From the NCBI GenBank assembly GCA_965208505.1, contig OZ242339.1:1819162-1883161 (forward strand): a stretch of 64,000 nucleotides of DNA, read 5' to 3'. The notes under the pieces were generated by a model, which ran no database searches, was not told where the DNA came from, and saw only the letters and a list, made by a program, of their open reading frames with translations. Position numbers and translations under genes: made by a program. This stretch comes from Acidimicrobiales bacterium. GTDB lineage: Bacteria > Actinomycetota > Acidimicrobiia > Acidimicrobiales > Bin134. Of the stretch, positions 16,490 to 25,366 are shown piece after piece (position 1 is the first letter of the stretch; every line of letters starts with the position of its first letter).

Positions 16490-17337
16490 GTCGCCACCGC
16501 GGCGGCCACGGCGTCGGGGGTGGCCGCCCAGTTGACCATGCGGGCCGTGTCTTGGTGGGCGACGCGGGCCGGGCTGCCGGTGCGGTGCAGCGGCGCGAGG
16601 TGTATCCAGTCATCCCCCCGGCGAGCGGCGGAGCCCAGCTCGGCCCACCGGAGATCGACGTCGAACCCCAGGGTGTGCCCTTCCTGGGTCTCGGCCAGTT
16701 CCTGCGCCAGAGACGAGATCCTCCGCAGGCCGGCGCGCCACCCCAAATCGCCCGCAACCTCGGCGACCTCACCCGGCGCGCACACCTCGAAGCGGTAAGC
16801 CAACATGCGGCCCACATACTCCTCCCAGCGGTGCGAGCGGTGCGGCCACTGCGCACACTCCAACACCGCCCGAGCGGGCGTCGAGACCCAGGTGTGCTCC
16901 GTAAGCTGCACCGCGCCCGCCAACAACGTGTCATGGCTCTCCCGCCAGGAAGCGAACCCGAACGGACCAGTGTCGAACGCGATCCCGCCGTCCACGCTGA
17001 CCTCTGGCTGGCAGATCAACGCCGCCCCCGCCATCCCCAAAGCGGTCAGACCGCAGATACGGCGAATTGCGCCGACGTAGGCCGCCTCCAGCTCCGCCTC
17101 CCACTCCGCAGTCCAATGGTGCGACACAGGTCCAGCGCCGACCAACTGCTCGTCCGCAGACGGCCATGCCACACAGAAGTTGCGCCACGTCCCCCGGCGG
17201 ATCTTCTCCACCCGGCCCACGGCCGCCAACTCCCCCAGCGCCCGCGACGCCGAAGACGGGCGCACCCCGGCCGCCCGCTCGAACTCCAGCGTCGAAAACA
17301 CCGGTCCCAAACCCCCCAGAACCTCGACAGAGCTCAT
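16486..17337 (-). CDS. abiEi: AbiEi-family type IV antitoxin / transcriptional regulator
   Basis: N-terminal winged-HTH pattern FSTLEFERAAGVRPSSASRALGELAAVGRVEKIRRGTW with a large C-terminal domain. The likely start is ATG 17337, with TATATT 6 nt upstream, so the transcript may be leaderless. The track ORF extends to 17475. Confidence 0.7.
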   Translation of the reverse strand: MSSVEVLGGLGPVFSTLEFERAAGVRPSSASRALGELAAVGRVEKIRRGTWRNFCVAWPSADEQLVGAGPVSHHWTAEWEAELEAAYVGAIRRICGLTALGMAGAALICQPEVSVDGGIAFDTGPFGFASWRESHDTLLAGAVQLTEHTWVSTPARAVLECAQWPHRSHRWEEYVGRMLAYRFEVCAPGEVAEVAGDLGWRAGLRRISSLAQELAETQEGHTLGFDVDLRWAELGSAARRGDDWIHLAPLHRTGSPARVAHQDTARMVNWAATPDAVAAAVAT

Positions 17338-18044
17338 ACCAGAAATATACCAGACCTGATCCGAGAACCATACACCCAACGCCACCCGCATCCTTGCCCC
17401 GCAAATATCAGCAGCATCGCTGCATCCCGCCGGCGCCCGCCGATGGCCAAGAGCCGTACTCATGCCCGCCATCATGCAACACCCCGCCGGCCGCGACCGG
17501 TCGCAACCCCCTTCAAGACCGGTCGCAACCCCCCGAAACGGGTCGCTAGACCGGTCGCGGAGCCGCCCAAGGCCCCAACACGCCGCTAGGTGCCCTCAAG
17601 GGCCAACAGCCGAACAGAACCAGCCAACCAGCCCCAAGGGGCTCAACTACGGCCTGACAGTCCGCGGCCGTGCCCAGAGACCCGCCCCCAAGCGGCGGCG
17701 CCCGCAAGTGGCCGGCGCCTCACGGCGGTCCTTGCGACCGCTGCCCGGCTCGACGAGACCAGTAGGCCGCAGCAAACCAGCAAGGCACAACACGGTGGCA
17801 ACCAAACCCAGCCGGACAGAACTAGCCAAACAGAGCCCCAGGAGCCGAACACGAACAGCCAAGACCGAAAGAGCGACAGTCAACAGCCCAACGCAGCACT
17901 AACGCCACGAGCCGACACCCACGACCAGCCGAGACCCCACCCCACAGCGAACAGCGAACAGCGAACGAAATCAGTTCCACACGTTTGCACTGAAGTCCCC
18001 GCCATACACCGCATACCCCAACGGCGAATAGCTATACTGTTCAG

Positions 18045-18341
18045 ATGGAGCCGATACGGATACTCAGCGATTCCGAGCTCGCCGCGGCCGAGAAGGAGCT
18101 TCGCCGGCGGGAGCGCCAGCGCCGGCTGGAAGGGTCGTCTCAGCTCAGGGATTTGGAGGCGAACTCCAAGGCTGTGACGCAGCTGCAGTCCCGCCTTGAC
18201 GATGCCCGCGCCCATCGCGCCAAGCTCATTGAGCAGGCCATCAAGGCGGGCCACAGCCGCTTCGAGGTCGCGGACGCGGCCGGGATCACGGTTCGGCGCC
18301 TCGACGCCATCCGCTCCTCAGCTGCACAGAGCCCTCGCTAA
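18045..18341 (+). CDS. Hypothetical small coiled-coil protein with a possible C-terminal HTH
   Basis: 98 aa. Charged coiled-coil AAAEKELRRRERQRRLEG..LQSRLDDARAHRAKLIEQAIKAG followed by HSRFEVADAAGITVRRLDAI. No family recognised. Confidence 0.45.
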   Translation: MEPIRILSDSELAAAEKELRRRERQRRLEGSSQLRDLEANSKAVTQLQSRLDDARAHRAKLIEQAIKAGHSRFEVADAAGITVRRLDAIRSSAAQSPR

Positions 18342-18587
18342 CTGGGCCCGCAAACGCACCCTGACTCAACAACACCGAATCGGCTCCTAGCCGCTGCGCC
18401 ATAGATCGACGAAGCACCTTGGTGCAGGCCCTGGAACGGGTTTGTCGGAGCCCTCAACAACGTAAATGGGATGCTCGCTGGGCCAGCGCGTTGTTGTCGT
18501 TTTATTGGCGCGTATGTACTCTAGGCAGTTGGCTTGGCAGCCAGCGACGGGCCTGGGCGGCCCTGATCAGCACCGGGAGATTTTGCC

Positions 18588-19556
18588 ATGTCGAAAGTTG
18601 TGAGAACGCCACCGCCGGCGCCGGGAGGTCTCAGCGAGGAGGCCCAGCAGGTTCTGAATGTCATGTCGGAGTTCGCCGGTGTGTCCGAGTCTCCCAAACA
18701 CGATGATGATCCGCAGGAATGGGAGAACTGGTCGGCGGCGTGCAACGACATGATCGTCATGGTGCTCGGGGCCCGTGTGCCCGCCGACGCGCCGATTGTG
18801 CAGACGGAGTTTGAGCTTGACGGGGTTCGCACGAACGTGTTCACCCCTGGATCGGTGGAGAAAGATGCATCTGCTCCGCTGTACATCGACATACATGGAG
18901 GCGGACTGGTGAATGGCGCTGGCGAAGCGTGCGTTGCCTTGACCAAAGGGGGTGCAGTCGAGCGGGACATGGTCACCTGGGCACCGGACTACCGGATGCC
19001 GCCGCACCATCCCTACCCGGCGGCGTTGGACGACTTGATGGCGGTGTACCGCAAGGCGCTTGGCGAGCGGGATCCGAGCGACATCTTCGTTGGCGGAGGC
19101 TCTGCCGGCGGCAACCTAGCCGCGGCTCTGCTGCTTCGAGCCAAAGACGAAGGGCTGGCCATGCCGGCGGCCCTTGTGCTCTTGACCCCAGAGGTCGACC
19201 TCACAGAGTCGGGCGACAGCTTTCAGACGAACCTCGGGATAGACGGAGTGCTTGGCCTTCTCATGGAGTCCAATCTCCTGTACGCCAACGGCCACGATCT
19301 CTCCCACCCGTATCTGTCACCGCTTTTCGGCGACCTTCGAGGGTTCCCGCCCACGTACTTGCAGACGGGAACGCGTGACCTGTTCCTCTCAAACACGGTC
19401 AGGATGCACCGCGGCCTTCGAAACGCGGGCGTAGAGGCGGAGTTGCACGTAGGCGAGGCAATGCCCCACGGTGGTTTTGGCGGCACTACGCCCGAAGACG
19501 GCGAGCTGGCCGAAGAACAACACCGCTTCATCGCTCGCCACCGCCGAAAGACATAG
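18588..19556 (+). CDS. Alpha/beta hydrolase fold-3 (HSL-type) esterase/lipase
   Basis: 322 aa. Oxyanion motif HGGG (YIDIHGGGLV) and nucleophile elbow GGSAGG (FVGGGSAGGNLAAAL). Confidence 0.85.
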   Translation: MSKVVRTPPPAPGGLSEEAQQVLNVMSEFAGVSESPKHDDDPQEWENWSAACNDMIVMVLGARVPADAPIVQTEFELDGVRTNVFTPGSVEKDASAPLYIDIHGGGLVNGAGEACVALTKGGAVERDMVTWAPDYRMPPHHPYPAALDDLMAVYRKALGERDPSDIFVGGGSAGGNLAAALLLRAKDEGLAMPAALVLLTPEVDLTESGDSFQTNLGIDGVLGLLMESNLLYANGHDLSHPYLSPLFGDLRGFPPTYLQTGTRDLFLSNTVRMHRGLRNAGVEAELHVGEAMPHGGFGGTTPEDGELAEEQHRFIARHRRKT

Positions 19557-19702
19557 CGGCCCTGACCAGGACACACGAGCGCTTGACAAGGGAGCGTCGG
19601 ACAGACCCGGGGATTTGGACAATTTTCGTACTTCTGGAGGGTCACAACCAGGGTGTCTTATTAGATCTACAAGTCCTGCCGCGGGCGCCAACGGGATTTG
19701 GG

Positions 19703-21118
19703 TTAGGCCTCGGGTGAATCCCCCGAGCCGAGCTCGTCGGCGATCTCACGCAGACGCTCGACGGCGGTCTCGTCGTCGAGTTCGCCGAGATAGGCGGGGA
19801 GTTTGATGCCTACTTGGGCGGCTAGGTCGTGGATGGGGGGCAGGGAGCCGGCCAGGCCGGACAGGAAGTTGGCGGTGCTGTTGCCGGAATTGCCATCGTT
19901 GGCACCGGAGTCCCACACCGTGATCTGGTCGATCTTCAGGTTGGAGATAGCCTTGACCTGCTCAGCCACCAGGGTCGGCATCTGCTCGGCGATGAGCAGC
20001 AGGGCGGCCAGCTGTGGATTGCCGCCGGCGTTGTCCACCAACGCCCCCAAGCCTTCGGCTCGGCGGGTGAGCAGCGCCAGCAAGCCCAGCGCCTCGGCCT
20101 CCATGAGCAGGCGCTGGCCGTCGGCCTCGCCGCCCTTGACCAGCCTGATGCGGTCGGCCTCGGCCTCGGCCAGGGTGCGGACCCGCTCCCTCTCCACCTC
20201 GGCGGGCACCACGATGTCGGCTTCCTGCGAGGCCTTGTCACGAGAGGCCCTGGCCTGCTCGGCTTGGCCCTCGGCGGCAAACGACTCCTCAGCGGCTCGG
20301 GCCTGGGTGACCCGTTCGGCGGTGACTGCGGCCCGCTCGGCTTCGGCCTCCTGCTGGCGGCGCTCGCCGTCCGACTGGGCGATCACCACTTGGGATTCGT
20401 TCTCCCCCTCGGTGGCGGTGGCATTGGCCTGGGCCACCTTGATGCGCCGCTCTCTTTGGGCTTCGGCGGCGCCGATGTCGCCGTCGCGCTCTTGCTCGGC
20501 CACCTTGATCTTGGCCTCGTTGATGGCCCGGGCGGCCGCTTCCCGGCCTAGGGCGTCGATGTAGCCCGACTCGTCGGTGATGTCCTGGATGTTGACGTTG
20601 ATGAGTCGCAGGCCCACCTTGCGCAGCTCGATCTCCAACGACTCGGTGATGTTGGTGATCAGCTTCTCCCGGTCGGCGTTGATCTCCTCGATGGGCATGG
20701 TGGCGATGACCACCCGCATCTGGCCGAAAATGATGTCTCGGGCCAGGTTCTCGATCTCCACCAGGCTCAGCCCCAGCAGCCGCTCAGCGGCGTTCTGCAT
20801 CACGCCGGGCTCGGTGGAGATGCCCACCGTGAACGTGGCCGGCGTGTTGACCCGGATGTTCTGCTGGGACAGGGCGCCTTGAAGCTTGATCTCGATGGGT
20901 ATGGGGGTGAGGTCCAAAAAGGCATAGCCCTGGATGACGGGCCACACCAGGGCACCGCCTCCGTGGAGGCATCGGGCCGACTGGCCCTCTCCTCCTACCC
21001 GACCGTAGATAACCAGTACGCGGTCGGAGGGGCAGCGCTTGTATCGGGAGGAGATCCACAGCAGCGCTATGAGAAGAATGACAATTAGGCCAGCAACAAG
21101 GGCTATAGCAGCCATCAA
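19703..21118 (-). CDS. Flotillin-like SPFH/band 7 domain protein
   Basis: 471 aa. N-terminal TM anchor, an SPFH domain, and a long Ala/Glu/Arg-rich coiled coil (AEAQRERRIKVAQANA..AEAERAAVTAERV). Confidence 0.85.
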   Translation of the reverse strand: MMAAIALVAGLIVILLIALLWISSRYKRCPSDRVLVIYGRVGGEGQSARCLHGGGALVWPVIQGYAFLDLTPIPIEIKLQGALSQQNIRVNTPATFTVGISTEPGVMQNAAERLLGLSLVEIENLARDIIFGQMRVVIATMPIEEINADREKLITNITESLEIELRKVGLRLINVNIQDITDESGYIDALGREAAARAINEAKIKVAEQERDGDIGAAEAQRERRIKVAQANATATEGENESQVVIAQSDGERRQQEAEAERAAVTAERVTQARAAEESFAAEGQAEQARASRDKASQEADIVVPAEVERERVRTLAEAEADRIRLVKGGEADGQRLLMEAEALGLLALLTRRAEGLGALVDNAGGNPQLAALLLIAEQMPTLVAEQVKAISNLKIDQITVWDSGANDGNSGNSTANFLSGLAGSLPPIHDLAAQVGIKLPAYLGELDDETAVERLREIADELGSGDSPEA

Positions 21119-21148
21119 CGGGTCCTTTCGGGTCTATCTGGGTATGAG

Positions 21149-21703
21149 CTACAGGGGTTTGACGAGGACGGTGGACTGATCCACCACCGACACCACGGTG
21201 ACGCGGGTCTGTGCAGGGAGGTCATCGTCAGAGTTGGTGTAAGCGTCTATCACTCGGAGCCGTCCCTGGATGAGGATTTCGACTTTGCCGGGCATGGTCC
21301 GGTTGGCCGGGATGGGCAGGTACACCGTGCCGATGACACCCACCGCGCTCTGGTAGTCGACCGAGCCGCTCTCCTCCATCTGGGCGAATTTGCGCCACAT
21401 GTAAGCCACGGCGAAGAACACCGCCAGCCCCACAACGATGGCCACGATCACCGAGACCGGGGTGGAGCTGTCCGCCTCCTTCATCAAAACGCCGGTCCAA
21501 CCGAATGCGAAAAAGAACGCCGTCAGGCTTCGCAGGGACAGAAAACCCGTGCCCGCCCCCTCGTCGTCAAGGTCGATGTCGAGGTCGGATCCGACGCCGA
21601 AGCCCAATAGGAGAAGCTGGAGAATGAGAAAGACGCCGGCGATGATGCCGATCAGATAGAAGACCTGGAGGTCGCCGGTCAGGCCATCCCACCAGTCGCC
21701 CAT
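21149..21703 (-). CDS. NfeD/YqiJ-like membrane protein with a C-terminal OB-fold (flotillin partner)
   Basis: Multi-TM N-terminal part and the C-terminal motif GKVEILIQGRLRVIDAYTNSDDDLPAQTRVTVVSVVDQSTVLVKPL. Lies upstream of the flotillin gene. The likely start is ATG 21703; the track ORF starts at 21802. Confidence 0.7.
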   Translation of the reverse strand: MGDWWDGLTGDLQVFYLIGIIAGVFLILQLLLLGFGVGSDLDIDLDDEGAGTGFLSLRSLTAFFFAFGWTGVLMKEADSSTPVSVIVAIVVGLAVFFAVAYMWRKFAQMEESGSVDYQSAVGVIGTVYLPIPANRTMPGKVEILIQGRLRVIDAYTNSDDDLPAQTRVTVVSVVDQSTVLVKPL

Positions 21704-21900
21704 CGGATTGTCCTCCCGTCTATCTCGTTGTCTCGCAGTCCTGTACGCAGCCTGGCGCTCAGTCTGTCGCCGGCCTGCGGCTTGGGCCTCAACAATGCCC
21801 ATCCTACCGGCTTTTCGACTGATCTCCTTTCTGTCCCTCCTTACTGGGCAAATGGCTTGTGAATGGCTGAGTCCCAGGCTGCGCGTGGCAAAGTCTCCAC

Positions 21901-23031
21901 ATGGCCGAAGCCAAGGTTCGCTGGACCCACCAGTGGAAGGAGCTCTACGAGGAGGTCATCGACTCGGGGCTGTGCACTGGTTGCGCGGGCTGCGTGATCG
22001 CCTGCCCCCACGATGTGATCGGCTACAAGCACGAGCCCGGCCAGTACAAACCCTTTCACCTTGAGGAGGAGCTCGGCCTGACCGACTGCATCCACGGCCA
22101 GAAGGGATGCACCTCCTGCACTCGGGCCTGCCCCCGGTTCCGCACCTGGGAGGCCGAAGCCGACGAGCACCTGTTCGGGCGCATCCGCAACGAGGACGAG
22201 GTGTCGGGCATCTACAGCGACATCCTGCTGGTGCGGGCCTCAGACGACTACGTGTACGAGGTGGGCCAAGACGGCGGGCTGGTATCGGCCATCTTGATCT
22301 GGTGTCTGGAGAACGATGTGATCGACGGCGCCCTCACCTCATTTCTGGAGGGAGGCGACGCCGACGGCTGGAAGGCGGTCCCCGGCCTCGCCGTCAATCG
22401 GGAAGAGGTGCTGCGGGGCGCGGGCAGCCGCTACACCTACTCTGCCAACCCGCTGGCCTACCGGGAGGCCAAAGAGCAGGGGCTCCAGCGCCTGGCCCTG
22501 GTGGGCATGAGCTGCCAGACATCCATCGGCCCAGTGATGTGGAACCGCAAGGTGGGCAAGGTGGGCCGCCCCATCAAGCTGAACATCGGCCTTTTGTGCT
22601 CCAAGAGCTTCGACGACTCCATGTTCGAGGAGCTGTTCTGGGTGAAGTACGGCCTGCCAACCGACCAGATCGCCAAGATGAACATCAAAGGCGTGTTCCA
22701 GGTGTGGATGAAGAACGGCGACTACCACGAGATCAACCTCAAGGAGTGCCACGCCTGGACCCGGGAGGGCTGCAACCTCTGCCCGGACTTCGCAGCCGAG
22801 CATGCCGACATCTCCACCGGGGGCATCGGCGACGCCACCGACTGGACCCTCACCGTGGTCCGCACCGAACTAGGCCGGGCGGTGATCAACGCCATGCTGG
22901 AGGACGGGGTGATCGAGGCCCGACCCGGCGACGACGACCCCGAAGCAGTTGCCCTCATGCACAAGCTGGCCGCCAAGAGCCGCCAACGCTGGCCCGACTG
23001 GGCCGAGAGCGCGGTCCGTGTAGGGGTCTGA
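21901..23031 (+). CDS. Coenzyme F420 hydrogenase/dehydrogenase beta-subunit family (FrhB/FdhB-like) iron-sulfur flavoprotein
   Basis: 376 aa. N-terminal ferredoxin-type Cys clusters CTGCAGCVIACP and CTSCTRACP, followed by FrhB-like N and C domains. Confidence 0.7.
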   Translation: MAEAKVRWTHQWKELYEEVIDSGLCTGCAGCVIACPHDVIGYKHEPGQYKPFHLEEELGLTDCIHGQKGCTSCTRACPRFRTWEAEADEHLFGRIRNEDEVSGIYSDILLVRASDDYVYEVGQDGGLVSAILIWCLENDVIDGALTSFLEGGDADGWKAVPGLAVNREEVLRGAGSRYTYSANPLAYREAKEQGLQRLALVGMSCQTSIGPVMWNRKVGKVGRPIKLNIGLLCSKSFDDSMFEELFWVKYGLPTDQIAKMNIKGVFQVWMKNGDYHEINLKECHAWTREGCNLCPDFAAEHADISTGGIGDATDWTLTVVRTELGRAVINAMLEDGVIEARPGDDDPEAVALMHKLAAKSRQRWPDWAESAVRVGV

Positions 23032-23066
23032 GTGGGGGTCCGCTGGCTGCTGACGGTTGAGAGCAG

Positions 23067-23498
23067 CTAGCCGAGACCGGATTCCTCCAGGATGCACTGG
23101 CGCATGATCTGGTTCACCTCTTGGGTCAGATCGGCGTTAATGTCGCTGCGCAGGTCGTCGTCCAGCTCTTTGAACTCCTCGAAAGTCAGTGACTCCCTGA
23201 TCCTGTCGAAGCCGCACTCGCACACATCAACCAGATTCTCCCGCACTTGCTCATCCAGGTCGTCTTGGCCGGCTTCCTCACAGCCGTCGCGAAAGTTGCG
23301 CTCGGGCTGGCCAACGTTGGGCTCGCCTTTGTAGTCGGCGGCGTTGTCGTCCCAAGACGTGGGCGCTCCGGAATTGCCGCAGGCGGCTGCCACCAACAAC
23401 AGCGCGGCCAGCACTGCTAGCAAACGGGCTTTCGTCACGGACCCAACGGTATCGCTCGATTCCCTGAAGTCGCGAACCATTGCCGGCTTATACCCCAT
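23067..23498 (-). CDS. Hypothetical acidic lipoprotein
   Basis: Signal peptide with lipobox LLLVAAAC-G and an Asp/Glu-rich mature part containing four Cys. An alternative start is ATG 23480. Confidence 0.6.
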   Translation of the reverse strand: MGYKPAMVRDFRESSDTVGSVTKARLLAVLAALLLVAAACGNSGAPTSWDDNAADYKGEPNVGQPERNFRDGCEEAGQDDLDEQVRENLVDVCECGFDRIRESLTFEEFKELDDDLRSDINADLTQEVNQIMRQCILEESGLG

Positions 23499-24219
23499 CA
23501 GCCAGCGCCAGAGACCGGGCGAACACCTCGTCGAGCATGCCTTCGGTGAGCCGGCCGGTGAAGGTGTTCTGCTGGCTCACATGGTAGGAGCACACCACGG
23601 TCTGCCCGCCGGGAACGGGTACCTCCAAGCCGTGGGCGAACTTGGGCCGGGGCCGCAAGCCCAACTCGGCGGCCACCGCCCCGTATCCGATGGCTCCCAG
23701 AGCCACGAACACCCGGGCCTGGTTCAACAAGGCAAGCTCCCGCACCAGAAATGGGCGACACGCGTCCCGCTCGGCCGGTGTGGGCTTGTTCTGGGGCGGC
23801 GCGCACCGCACCGGGGCGGTGATATAGGTGTCGCTCAGCACTAGCCCGTCGTCCATATCGGTGGCGTTGGGCTGGTTGGCCAGCCCCATCCGGTGCAGCG
23901 AGGCATAAAGGAAGTCTCCCGAACGGTCGCCGGTGAACATCCGCCCGGTGCGGTTGGCCCCATGGGCCGCCGGAGCCAGCCCCACCACCACGATGCGGGC
24001 CTGAGGATCGCCGAAGCCCGGCACCGGCTGGCCCCAGTACGTCCAATCCCGATAGGCGGCCCGCTTGACCGCCGCCACCTCTTCCCGCCAGGCCACGAGT
24101 CGGGGACAGGCCCGGCAGTCGATAACATCGGCAGCCAACTCGTCAAATGAATCCACTACAGGCAAGCTAGAGGAAATGGCCGGCGAGACTTGTACACAGG
24201 CAGCGACACCTAGAGGCAT
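23488..24219 (-). CDS. Uracil-DNA glycosylase superfamily protein (family 5/UdgB-like)
   Basis: CRACPRLVAWREEV and GLAPAAHGANRTGRMFTGDRSGDFLY motifs. Confidence 0.85.
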   Translation of the reverse strand: MPLGVAACVQVSPAISSSLPVVDSFDELAADVIDCRACPRLVAWREEVAAVKRAAYRDWTYWGQPVPGFGDPQARIVVVGLAPAAHGANRTGRMFTGDRSGDFLYASLHRMGLANQPNATDMDDGLVLSDTYITAPVRCAPPQNKPTPAERDACRPFLVRELALLNQARVFVALGAIGYGAVAAELGLRPRPKFAHGLEVPVPGGQTVVCSYHVSQQNTFTGRLTEGMLDEVFARSLALADGV

Positions 24220-24233
24220 GGTCCACAGAGCAA

Positions 24234-24878
24234 ATGGCCGCTAAGACCCGCAAACCCACCATGGTGTTGTTCGTGCGCCACGGCCAGACCCCCACCACCG
24301 GTGCGGTGTTGCCCGGCCGGGCGCCGGGCCTGCACCTGAGCGACCGGGGACGGGAGCAGGCCGAACAGGCCGCAGCCCGAATCGCCGCTTTGGGCGCCGA
24401 CCGCATCGCCGCGGTGTACGCCTCGCCCATGGAGCGGGCCCGGGAGACTGCCGCCCCCATCGCCCGGGCGGTGGGCCGACGGGTTCGGGTGCTCGACAGC
24501 CTCAACGAATGCGATTTCGGCCGGTGGACCGGACGGCGCCTCAGCGACCTGCGGCGGCGGCGGGATTGGCGCCAGGTGCAGCGCACCCCCAGTGGCTTCC
24601 GATTCCCCGGAGGAGAGTCGTTCGCCGAGATGCAGACCCGGATGAACCACGCCGTGCAGTCGCTGGTGGCCCGCCACCCCGGCTCAACGGTGGTGGCGGT
24701 ATCGCACGCCGACACCATCAAGGCTGCGGTATCGCACGCCTCCGGCGCCCACCTGGACATGTTCCAGCGGATCGTTGTGTCGCCCTGCTCGATCACTGCC
24801 ATCCTCTATAGCGCCGACGGCCCCCTGGTGTTGGCCGTCAACAACACGTCCGACCTGAAAGCCCTCGTGCCCTCATGA
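24234..24878 (+). CDS. Histidine phosphatase family protein (MSMEG_4193-type putative phosphomutase)
   Basis: RHG catalytic motif (LFVRHGQT). Sits in the conserved triad context with the DUF3090 and SCO1664-family genes. Confidence 0.8.
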   Translation: MAAKTRKPTMVLFVRHGQTPTTGAVLPGRAPGLHLSDRGREQAEQAAARIAALGADRIAAVYASPMERARETAAPIARAVGRRVRVLDSLNECDFGRWTGRRLSDLRRRRDWRQVQRTPSGFRFPGGESFAEMQTRMNHAVQSLVARHPGSTVVAVSHADTIKAAVSHASGAHLDMFQRIVVSPCSITAILYSADGPLVLAVNNTSDLKALVPS

Positions 24879-25366
24879 GCCCATCATTCGACCTGAACGA
24901 CCTAGAGCACTTTACGGTGGGCACCATCGGCCCTCCCGGACAACGGGTCTTCTATCTCCAAGCGGGAGTCACGGGCACGCTGGTGTCACTGAAGCTGGAG
25001 AAGCAGCAAGTGGCCGCTTTGGCCGAGTATCTGGCCGGAGCGCTGCGAGAGATCAGCGACGATCCCGATGCCATCATCCCCGAAGCCGACATCGGGCTGA
25101 TCGAGCCGGTGGAGGCCGAATGGTCGGTGGGCGACATCGGCATCGGCTACAACGATGAGGCCGACCGGATGTTGATAATGGCCACCGAGATGCCTGCCGA
25201 ACAGGAGGCCGACGAACTGGCCACCGCCCGATTCCACATCACCCGAGGGCAAGTAGCCGGGTTCATCGCCCGGGCCCGACAGGTGGTCGCAGCAGGCCGC
25301 CCTCCGTGCCGCTACTGCGGCTCGCCCCTCAATGACGACGGCACTTGGTGTCCCTGCTCCAACTGA
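24875..25366 (+). CDS. DUF3090 domain protein
   Basis: 163 aa. FTVGTIGPPGQRVFYLQA near the N-terminus and a C-terminal Cys cluster CRYCGSPLNDDGTWCPC. 4-nt overlap with the upstream gene. Confidence 0.75.
   Translation: MSPSFDLNDLEHFTVGTIGPPGQRVFYLQAGVTGTLVSLKLEKQQVAALAEYLAGALREISDDPDAIIPEADIGLIEPVEAEWSVGDIGIGYNDEADRMLIMATEMPAEQEADELATARFHITRGQVAGFIARARQVVAAGRPPCRYCGSPLNDDGTWCPCSN

Larger units (their letters stand above)
14208..19688. mobile_element. Decayed tRNA-Arg-associated integrative island (remnant)
   Basis: An integrase fragment abuts the tRNA 3' end. tcctgccgtgggcgc (14208-14222, tRNA 3' end) recurs as tcctgccgcgggcgc at 19674-19688, a 14/15 match. Cargo is a TA/abortive-infection module, orphan ORFs and an esterase. 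Two genes are inactivated by frameshifts. Confidence 0.55.

Noticed and set aside
17462-18177. Two overlapping plus-strand ORFs (146 and 195 aa) in the A+C-rich tract
   Set aside because: They encode low-complexity Pro/Arg/Gln/Thr/Ser strings created by the base composition, with no start context or motifs. Treated as non-coding.
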